Positions 56,128 to 64,000 of a DNA stretch of 64,000 bases are shown in pieces. The position numbers were made by a program, and so were the translations under genes. The stretch's first letter is position 1; every line of letters begins with the position of its first letter. Source of the stretch: an uncultured delta proteobacterium (GTDB lineage: Bacteria > Myxococcota > Myxococcia > Myxococcales > Myxococcaceae). Location: the NCBI GenBank assembly GCA_963771175.1, contig CAVYSY010000038.1, positions 224,001-288,000 on the forward strand, given 5' to 3'. The notes under the pieces were generated by a model that had not been told where the DNA came from, did no database searches, and was given only the letters and a program-made list of their open reading frames with translations.

Positions 56128-56658
56128 CTACTCGCGGAGGAGATGGACGAGGTACTTCCGGGGGGGCGTCCACACCTGCACCTTGAGCGGCAACGGCGCG
56201 GAAGGGGCCGGGAGGGCGGGGTCGGGGGCGAGCAACACCTGGAGGCAGGACGCCTGCTCCGGGGGCGAGGAGGCCTGCAAGAAGGCCCGGGACTCGCGGC
56301 TGCACGGGCCGGTGGAGAGCTTGGAGATCACCCCCCGCGAGCGCTCCGCCGAGCCCGCGAAGCGGAACTCGAGCGTATCGCCGGGACGCAGGTGCTCGGC
56401 GGCCGTCGGCTCCAGGGAGAGCTCGAGCCCCTGACCCCGCGCGGGGGCGTCTTCCACCAGGGCGACGAACATCGGCTGGAAGTCGAGCCGTGACAGCGCG
56501 AAGCCAAGGAGCGCCATGAGGAGCAGGGGGACCAAGGTCACCAGCCGCAGCGACAGCGGACGCAGCAGGCTGATCTCCCCGAGGTGACGCACTCGGCGGT
56601 GGTTGAGCGCCTCGTACCTGAAGAGAGGCCGGCCTTGAACGGGGGGCTCGGGTTTCAT
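56128..56658 (-). CDS. Short HlyD/CvaA-like accessory protein
   Basis: LFRYEAL...GEISLLRP plus TM segment as in CvaA-type N-termini; no coiled-coil hairpin. Confidence 0.65.
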   Translation of the reverse strand: MKPEPPVQGRPLFRYEALNHRRVRHLGEISLLRPLSLRLVTLVPLLLMALLGFALSRLDFQPMFVALVEDAPARGQGLELSLEPTAAEHLRPGDTLEFRFAGSAERSRGVISKLSTGPCSRESRAFLQASSPPEQASCLQVLLAPDPALPAPSAPLPLKVQVWTPPRKYLVHLLRE

Positions 56659-56700
56659 GATCGTCACCAATCCGTGGGCAAGCGCCGGCCCCCCGACGGC

Positions 56701-57855
56701 TCAGGCACCCTGTGCCGTCAGCCGGGCACGCAGAGGACGGGAGAGGGCAAGGCCCAGCTCGCTCAGCCCCACCTCGCTCTCGATGGGGACGCGCAGTTGT
56801 TCCATGTACGCGACAATCGTGCTCTGGCGGCTGGAGATCTCCTTCTGAAGCCCCATGGCGCGGAACTTCTCGAAGGCGATGAGCGCGTTGCCGAAGGCAT
56901 GATAGCCGATGAGGATCCGGTCGAGGGGGCGCTCGCACTTCTTGAGGGGCGAGTAATGCGGCCTGGCCTCGGGCGTCACGAACGAACCGACCCAGCTCGC
57001 CATGTGGAAGTACTGGTGCGAGCACTCGTGAATCATCATCTCCGCCGTCTCCGTGGGCGTGGCCGGCACGCACAGGTCGATGCCGCCGAAGCGGCGCGGC
57101 GAGGAGCCGCTGGCGATCATGTTCCAGTCCGGACGGCGGATGGGAGTGATCTCCTTGAGCAGACAGAGGACCCAGGCGCGATACTCCGGCATGGCCCGGC
57201 CCATCAGCTCCAGGGCCTCCTCGAACTGGGCGACCGCTCCCTGATTCACGACCGCCGCGGGCTGGCTGAGCTCATCCAGAAAGGTCGTGTGCCACTCGGC
57301 ACCCACCACGCGGATGGTGGGCTGACCGTCGACCCGGACGAACGAGGACTCCGTGCCGGCTTCAGCCCACACGGGGCTGCCGTTGCGCTGGGCGATGACC
57401 GAGAACGACCGGGGGGCGGTAGCGCCCTCGGCCTGGATCGTCATCCGGTCGGCTCCACCCCGGATGGAGAGACGCGCGGCGGGGACGAGCTGGCCGGCCA
57501 CGAAGAGAGGCGCGTTCGTCTCGACGTCGAGCTCGAGCTCGGAGGTCACTCCCGTCACGTGCGCGCTGAGGGAAATCTGGGCCCGGAGCCAGTTCCAGTC
57601 GCCCTCCGTGAAGGCCTGCTTCGACAGGCCGTTGAAGATGATCGCCACCTCCGGCGTCCAGTAGGCCGTGTTCGCCCCCCGCTGGGCGAGCCGCTGGGCG
57701 ATGTCGGCGAGCCGGGCGTCCTGGCTGTAGCCGTGCTGCTCGGCGAGGCGAATCGCCCGGCGACAGAAGACCCGGAACTGGTTGGTGGCAAGCTCGGCCG
57801 TCAGGGCGGCGTAATCGCCCTCGAAAGGATTGGACAGTCGGTTGAAGATTTCCAT
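56701..57855 (-). CDS. aKG-HExxH family peptide-modifying enzyme
   Basis: SGSS...FGGI, EMMIHECSHQ, YSPLKKCERPL..ILIGYHAF. Confidence 0.85.
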   Translation of the reverse strand: MEIFNRLSNPFEGDYAALTAELATNQFRVFCRRAIRLAEQHGYSQDARLADIAQRLAQRGANTAYWTPEVAIIFNGLSKQAFTEGDWNWLRAQISLSAHVTGVTSELELDVETNAPLFVAGQLVPAARLSIRGGADRMTIQAEGATAPRSFSVIAQRNGSPVWAEAGTESSFVRVDGQPTIRVVGAEWHTTFLDELSQPAAVVNQGAVAQFEEALELMGRAMPEYRAWVLCLLKEITPIRRPDWNMIASGSSPRRFGGIDLCVPATPTETAEMMIHECSHQYFHMASWVGSFVTPEARPHYSPLKKCERPLDRILIGYHAFGNALIAFEKFRAMGLQKEISSRQSTIVAYMEQLRVPIESEVGLSELGLALSRPLRARLTAQGA

Positions 57856-57859
57856 GGGC

Positions 57860-59170
57860 TCACTCGATGACGGGCAGTTCCATTGAATTGGCTTCGGGAA
57901 TCTGAATCTCGGCGGGAGCCGCGCCCAGGGTCACGGGCCGCAGGAAGTCCCGGGCCCAGAACTCGGGCTTGCGCGAGAGCACCTGCGACAGGCGCTCGAC
58001 GCCGTTCTCCCGCCTGGCCACGATGGCGGCGATCGCGGTGTGGATGGTGTCCAGCGTCTCGCAGAAGACCGAGGGTTGGTCGAAGCCGGACCCCTTCTGA
58101 TAGCGATTGAAGAGCTCTCCGGAGCGGCAGGTCCGGAACCAGTCGCAGCTCGCACACTTCTCGGGGGCCTTGTCGACGGCCCGCACGAGCTGCTGCCACA
58201 TGGGGCTGCCGAGGAACTGCGCGAGGGTGGTGTTGCGGACGTTGGTGTCCGCGTTGAAGAGCGCCTTGTCGAGCGCCATGATGTTGTCATCCATCCCGAG
58301 CTTGCCATCGCCGGAGATGGTGATGATGTGGTGGCGGGTGGAGCGCCTGAAGTCCATCCGCTGGGCGCCGGCGTCCGAGATCATCGCCGACATGATGTCG
58401 GAGAGGAGCTGGATGGTGACCAGCCGGCCGATCTTCTTGGGCGTCGTCTGCCAGTACTTGATGATCTCGGTGAAGTAGGCGACCCACTTGCTCTGGGGCT
58501 TCCAGACATCGCTGTCGTAGCCTTCTCGCGGCAGCAGGATGTTGAAGTTGTCGATGCCGAGATCCTCGACGAAGTGCCGGACGACCTCTTCTCCGCTGTG
58601 ATTGGGATTGGCCACGCAGAGGATGCCCGTGGCGCGGTTGCGCCCGGCACGCACCCCCTCCTGGAGCAAGCGCAGGCCCCTCACCGTGGCCTCGTAGCTC
58701 CCCTTCCCCTTATGATCGGGGCGGGCCGCGTCGTGGATGTGGGGCGGGCCATCCAGGCTCACTCCCGCGGCCACCTGGTGCTCGGCGAAGAGCGAGACCC
58801 ATTCCTGGTCGACTCGCGTCCCGTTCGTCTGGAGCCCGAGGTGGACGTTCGTCACATCCGAGAGCTCTTCGCGGAGGATGCGGCAGATGGCATCGAAGCG
58901 CTTCTTCGGCATCAGCAGGGGCTCGCCACCGTGCAGGCCGATGTAGAGGTGCTGGATGTCCATCTCCTGCACACCGCGGCGTAGGAACGCGGCGACGTCT
59001 CGGATCGTGGCCTCGGAGATCAGGGCGGGACTGCTCTTGTAGAGATCGTTTTCCTGAAAAAAGTAATAACAGTACGGGCACGCCAGGTTGCACCGCTCCG
59101 CTATCTTGAGGACCACGTCCAGACAATTGGCCCACTCTCGAGGTTCTCTGCGCATCCTCGCCTCACTCAT
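57860..59170 (-). CDS. Radical SAM/SPASM peptide maturase, triceptide (cyclophane-forming) type
   Basis: KIAERCNLACPYCYYF, HGGEPL, QTNG, SLDGP, DGKLGMDD, C-x2-C-x5-C-x21-C. Confidence 0.88.
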   Translation of the reverse strand: MSEARMRREPREWANCLDVVLKIAERCNLACPYCYYFFQENDLYKSSPALISEATIRDVAAFLRRGVQEMDIQHLYIGLHGGEPLLMPKKRFDAICRILREELSDVTNVHLGLQTNGTRVDQEWVSLFAEHQVAAGVSLDGPPHIHDAARPDHKGKGSYEATVRGLRLLQEGVRAGRNRATGILCVANPNHSGEEVVRHFVEDLGIDNFNILLPREGYDSDVWKPQSKWVAYFTEIIKYWQTTPKKIGRLVTIQLLSDIMSAMISDAGAQRMDFRRSTRHHIITISGDGKLGMDDNIMALDKALFNADTNVRNTTLAQFLGSPMWQQLVRAVDKAPEKCASCDWFRTCRSGELFNRYQKGSGFDQPSVFCETLDTIHTAIAAIVARRENGVERLSQVLSRKPEFWARDFLRPVTLGAAPAEIQIPEANSMELPVIE

Positions 59171-59185
59171 CCTGGGTTGCGGTGC

Positions 59186-59232
59186 AAAAAGCGGCCAGCC
59201 GCCGCGGGGTTGAGTCCACTGCGTCTGGCCGC
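59186..59232 (-). terminator. Hairpin plus U-tract between precursor and maturase
   Basis: GCGGCCAG (59191-59198) pairs with CTGGCCGC (59225-59232); AAAAA at 59186-59190 reads as U5 on the minus strand. Confidence 0.65.
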
Positions 59233-59248
59233 CTACAGCGAACGACTA

Positions 59249-59464
59249 CTACTCCATCTGCTCCAGCTCCTTACCGAGCGAGCCGTGCGCGGAGCCGTGG
59301 CCGGAGAGGTGGCCCGAGGCGTGCGCGGCGGCGGCGCTCACCGCATCCAGGTGCACGTCCATGAGCTCCACCAGCTCCTGGTCCGCGACGACCAGGTTCT
59401 TCTCCGAGGCGCCATCGAGCTTCGCCTTCAGACGGTCCGCCAGGGTCGAGAGGTTGTTATCCAT
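59249..59464 (-). CDS. RiPP precursor peptide with four HxS motifs
   Basis: AAGGAGG RBS; leader ...ELMDVHLDAVSAA; core AAHASGHLSGHGSAHGSLGKELEQME; directly upstream of the rSAM gene. Confidence 0.85.
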   Translation of the reverse strand: MDNNLSTLADRLKAKLDGASEKNLVVADQELVELMDVHLDAVSAAAAHASGHLSGHGSAHGSLGKELEQME

Positions 59465-59999
59465 ATCGCTTCCTCCTTGGTGTGGCTGTGTGTGGGGGGT
59501 GCGGCGACAACATCACCGTCTCCAAGGTCATCAACGCGATTTCCCTGAAGAAGATGACTAACATTAAACTTTGCAAGTCATTCAGCCTGCTTGTCAAGTG
59601 CCTAAGAAAAAATAACACACACCTGGAATGTCGACTATTCGGCAGTTCCGGCTTGACAAGTCGCACGGAATGAGGGCTAAGGCTCCGCGCGGCCCACCGC
59701 GTGGCTCCAGGCTTCGGACCCGCCGCCGCCGGTGGATGCGCGGTACGCGAGCAAAGGCAGACACGGCAGCCCAGGGCCGCTTCCCCAGTCTACGTGCGCG
59801 CACTGCGACAGGGAAGGTGCCCCGGCTGGTGCGAGCCTTTGGCGAGGGCCGCTACTCCTGGCTCAGTCCCCAATCTGGACGAAAGTGAGCGCAGCCGCCG
59901 TCGCCGGGCGACACCCCGTCCCAGCAGGCCGACCGCTCCGCTTGCCTCCGGTGGCACCGTGACGCGCCGCGCTCCGGGCGCGCGGGAATCGGGGCAGGC

Positions 60000-60356
60000 T
60001 CAGTCTCGGGGGGGGGCGTCCGAGCCGGGCATCGGAATCTCCTCGCCCCGAAGGCGTCCTCGGAACACCGCGGCCCGCATCAGGAACAGGGTGGTGACCG
60101 GCGCGGTGAGCGCGATGAACACCGCGATGAGCAGCGCATGAAGGTAGAGCTGGCCGCGTTCGTAGGAGACCTGCACCGCCGTCGCGAGCGCGAAGCCCCA
60201 GGTGCCCAGCGTCGCGCCCAGGGTGGGCGCGTGGACGCGCTGGAAGAAGCTCCTCAGGCGCAGCACCCCGAACGAGCCGATCAGCGCCGCCAGCGCCCCC
60301 CCCACCACGAGCACCGCGGTCAGCGCATCCACCCACGGAGGAGTCCACCCGTTCAT
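60000..60356 (-). CDS. phaG: Mrp/Pha antiporter subunit G
   Basis: GSFGVLRLRSFFQRVHAPT, LTAPV. Confidence 0.9.
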   Translation of the reverse strand: MNGWTPPWVDALTAVLVVGGALAALIGSFGVLRLRSFFQRVHAPTLGATLGTWGFALATAVQVSYERGQLYLHALLIAVFIALTAPVTTLFLMRAAVFRGRLRGEEIPMPGSDAPPRD

Positions 60357-60631
60357 TCGATGACCTCCCCGCGCAGGAGGAACTTGGCCATCGCCGTGGA
60401 GCCCACGAACCCGAAGAGGGCGATCAAGAGCGCCGCCTCGAAGTAGGAGCTGCTGCGATAGACGAGCCCCAGCGCGAGGATGACCAGCATCGCGTTCAGG
60501 TACAGGCAGTCGAACGCCAACACGCGGTCCTCCGCCCTGGGCCCGACAATCATCCGTGCCAGCGCCAGCACCATCGCGAGGGCAAGACAGCCAAGGGCGA
60601 ATGCCAGCGACCAGGAGAGCAGAGGGCTCAT
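60353..60631 (-). CDS. phaF: Mrp/Pha antiporter subunit F
   Basis: GPRAEDRVLAFD, FGFVGSTAMAKFLLRGEVIE. Confidence 0.9.
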   Translation of the reverse strand: MSPLLSWSLAFALGCLALAMVLALARMIVGPRAEDRVLAFDCLYLNAMLVILALGLVYRSSSYFEAALLIALFGFVGSTAMAKFLLRGEVIE

Positions 60632-61115
60632 TCGAAGATCTCCCTGAGCGGACGCTCGTAGTGATGCTTGATGAAGGTCACCAGGTTCGTCTCGCTCTGA
60701 ATGGCGAGCACGTGCAGCAGCAGGACGCGGTTGTCCGCCGACAACTGCGCCCAGGCGGTGCCCGGCGTGAACGTGACGATCATCGCCAGCACGGCCAATC
60801 CGTTCGGATCCTTCAGCTCGAGCGGAATGAGCACGAAGCCGGAGCGGATGTCGCGCGAGCGCTGGGTGAGAATCGCCCACGCCACCTCGGCGTTCGACCG
60901 CAGCATCTCGAGCACCACCCGGCAGAACAGGCGAGCCAGGAGGAGGGGCCTGCGCAACCGCACGGGGGTGGGCCGAGCCCGACGGTCACCGCGGGCCAGA
61001 ACAGCGCCAGGGCGGCGCCCAGCACCAGCGTCCCCGCGTCCAACGACTGCATGAGGAGAATCCAGAGCAGGAGCAGCGCCACCGAGAGCGCGGGAGAAGG
61101 AAGGAGCCGCCTCAT
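60628..61115 (-). CDS. phaE: Mrp/Pha antiporter subunit E (frameshifted)
   Basis: IVTFTPGT, LLLHVL, YERPLREIFE. Confidence 0.88.
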
Positions 61116-62755
61116 CGCCCCGCCTCCGGCGCCGTGGCGGGCGGCCGCACCTCTGCTCCGAGGACCGCGTCGATGTACCCGCGGCGGTCATAGAGGGACT
61201 GGGCCGTTGCGCGCGCGAGCTCCATCGCGGGTCCCGCCGCGAGCGTCAGCACTCCGCACGCGGTGAGGAGCACCACCAGGGACAAGCCCTCCGGCGCCCG
61301 GACCCGAGGGGGCTCGCGCTGCATCTCGGACCAGAAGGTCCGGATTCCCGTCCGCGTGAGCGCGATGAGGGTGAGCAGGCCGCAGCCCAGGAGCACCGCC
61401 GGTGAACAGCCATGCACGGGCGGAGACTGGCCCGCTCCTCCCGGGCGACCCGAGCGCCGCCGACAACATGCCGAGCTTGCCGATGAAGGTGGACAGCGGA
61501 GGCAGGCCGGAGATGAGCAGTGCGCACGCGATGAAGGCCAGGCCCAACAGCGCGGTGGAGGCGGGGAACGGCAGGGCGACGAGCGGCTCCTCCTCGTCGT
61601 CGAGGTTGACCTCCTGCGTCTCGAGCGTCGCGCTCAAGAAGGGCGCCTCGTCCACCACGGTCGCACCCGCACGCCACCGCTCGACGAGGTCGACGAGCAG
61701 GAAGAAGGCGCTGGAGGCCAGCGTGGAGCTCACCAGGTAGAACACCGCGCGGCCGAGGACGGCTTCCTCGCCCAGGCCCAGCGCCGCCAGGAGCGTCCCG
61801 GCGGAGACCATCACCCCCGCCGCCGCCTGGACCGCGAGCCTCTGCGAGGCGATCATCCCCAGGGCCGCGAACACCGCGGAGACCACTCCGAACGCGAGCA
61901 GCCCGTCCGAGCCGAACCCCGCCAGCGGCCCCCCGGCGAACATCAGCGTCCAGAGCCGCACCAGGGCGTAGACGCCGACCTTCGTGAGCACCGCGAACAT
62001 CGCCGCCACCGGCGGAGTCGCCGACGCATAGGCGGGGACGAGCCAGAAGTTGAGCGGCCAGGCCGCCGCCTTGGCCAGGAACGCCACCGCGAGGATGGCC
62101 GCTCCCGCGTCGATGAGGTGCCGGTTGGCCACATTCTCCTGGGACAGGCGCGCGGAGAGCTCCGCCATGTTGAGCGTCCCGGTGACGCCGTAGATCATCG
62201 ACACGCCGATGAGGAAGAGCGACGAGGCGGCGAGGTTCACCGCCACGTAGTGCAGGCCCGCGCGGACCCGCGACTTTCCGGAGCCATGCAGCAACAGGCC
62301 GTACGAGGCGGCGAGGAGAATCTCGAAGAAGACGAAGAGGTTGAAGACGTCCGCCGTCAGGAACGCGCCGGAGAGCCCCATGAGCTGCAGCTGGAAGATG
62401 GGGTGGAAGTGAACGCCCGCGCGGTGCCAGCGCGTGAAGGCGAAGGAGAGCGCGCAGGTGCCCAGGATCCAGGTCAGCACCAACATCCCCGCCGACAGCC
62501 GGTCCACCGCGAGGGCGATCCCGAACGGCGCGGGCCAGTTGCCGGGCAGGTAGGCCACGACGCCGTATTCGTTCACCCACGCCGAGCAGCACCACCGAGA
62601 CGGCGAGTCCCAGGAGCGCGGAGATCATCCCCATCAGCAGCTTCGCCGGGCGGCGCCCCTCGCCCAGGAGGAGCATCACCGCCGCGGTCAGCATCGGCAG
62701 GAGGATGGGCGCCACCATCAGGTGGGGCATCAGGGCCTTGGATGAGCGCGCTCAT
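61112..62755 (-). CDS. phaD: Mrp/Pha antiporter subunit D (frameshifted)
   Basis: GNWPAPFGI, DVFNLFVFFEILL, TKVGVY, GLPPLS. Confidence 0.9.
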
Positions 62756-63094
62756 GGCTCGGTGCCGTCCACGTGATCCGTCCCGGTCATCCCGCGCGAG
62801 GCCAGGATGATGACCAGGAGGAGCGCCGTCATCGCGAAGCTGATGACGATGGCCGTCAGCACGAGCGCCTGCGGCACCGGGTCCGTGTAGTGCGCGAGAT
62901 CCGGCGGGACGCCGTCCACGAGGATGGGCTCCTTGTCGATGGCCAGGCCGCCAATGCTGAAGATGAAGAGGTTGACCGCGTAGGAGAGCAGCGACAGGCC
63001 GACGACCAGCTGGAACGTGCGCGGGCCGCAGCAGCAGCCAGACGCCAGAGCCGGTCAGGATGCCGATAGCGATCGCGAGCACCACCTCCATCAA
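62752..63094 (-). CDS. phaC: Mrp/Pha antiporter subunit C (frameshifted)
   Basis: GVWLLLRP; shifted frame DPVPQALVLTAIVISF...DHVDG. Confidence 0.88.
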
Positions 63095-64000
63095 TCACCT
63101 CCCGAGGCCCGGTGCGCGCGGATGCGACTGGTGCGCGAGCGCCACGAGGATGAGCAGCGTGGCGCCCAGCACCAGGCAGAACACGCCCAGGTCGAAGAAC
63201 ACCGCGCTCCCAAGGTGGAGCTCGCCCAGCACCGGCACGTTCAGATGGAAGGTGTGCGAGGTGAGCAGCGGGTACCCGACCACGAACGACTCCCGACGGC
63301 CGTGCCGAGCACGAACAGGAGGCCGACCGCCATCATCGCGCGCGGCGCGAGGTCGCAGCCGCTCCTCGACCCACTCGGTCCCGGACACGAGGTACTGCAG
63401 CAGGAAGCCCACCGACATCACCAGCCCCGCGACGAACCCACCGCCCGGCGCGTTGTGCCCACGCAGGAAGAAGAACACCGCCACCACTCCCGACACGGGC
63501 AGGAGCAGCCGGATCAGCACCGCGGGGACCTCAGGTACCCCACCGCGGTGTCTCTGCGCCTGGCGCGGGTTCACCAGGTCCGTCTGCAGGTCCGCCGGCA
63601 GCGCGCTGCTGCTGCGGCGGAAGCGCCATCACCTCGGTCGCCGGCCGGAAGCGGCGCAGGAGCGCGTAGACGGTGAGCGCGACGAGCACCAGCACCACGC
63701 CCTCGCCGAAGGTGTCGAACCCGCGGAAGTCCACCAGCATCACGTTCACCACGTTCCGCCCGCCTCCGCCGCTCAGCGCGTGCTCGAGGAAGAAGGAGGT
63801 CCGCTCGGGGAGCTCGCGCGTCATCACCGCGTAGGCCAGCACCGCCATCCCGCAACCGGCGCCCAGCGCGATGAGGAAGTCGCGGGCTCGCCGGCCCCGG
63901 GCGATCCGCAGGGTGTGCGCGTCGTAGACGCCGCGCGCCGGCTCTCGCGGCGGCAGCCACCGGAGCCCGAGCAGGATGAGCAGCGTCGTCACCACCTCGA
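63095..64000 (-). CDS. phaA: Mrp/Pha antiporter subunit A/B, 3' part (frameshifted; 5' end outside the window)
   Basis: GGRNVVNVMLVDFRGFDTFGE, RGHNAPGGGFVAGL, FFDLGVF. Confidence 0.9.

Noticed and set aside
57860..59464. Classical His-Xaa-Ser (HxsABCD) system
   Set aside because: That system has period-3 repeats, two rSAMs and HxsD; here the period is 4, with one rSAM, an HExxH enzyme and a C39 exporter

Overview
GC-rich window that looks myxobacterial (Archangium/Cystobacter-like, inferred from gene content). Many ordinary genes (bioA, aldehyde dehydrogenase, the Mrp/Pha antiporter, a TonB receptor) carry single-base frameshifts, so most breaks are probably long-read errors. The main find is a ~10 kb minus-strand RiPP cluster (49578-59464). 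It encodes a 71-aa precursor with a double-glycine-like leader and four His-x-Ser motifs at 4-residue spacing, a triceptide-type radical SAM/SPASM enzyme, an aKG-HExxH enzyme, a short HlyD-like protein, a C39 peptidase ABC exporter, a Cys-repeat lipoprotein, a MacB-like permease, a GT9-like gene and an unknown SCEGH-motif protein. The window also holds two ATPase+nuclease-like pairs (one Septu PtuAB-like), a candidate multi-hairpin ncRNA with a repeated 14-nt loop, a kinase/Hsp70/J-protein operon, a sigma54-type operon with candidate enhancer dyads, several palindromic operator candidates and some orphan gene remnants. All family calls come from motif recognition by eye; no database searches were run.
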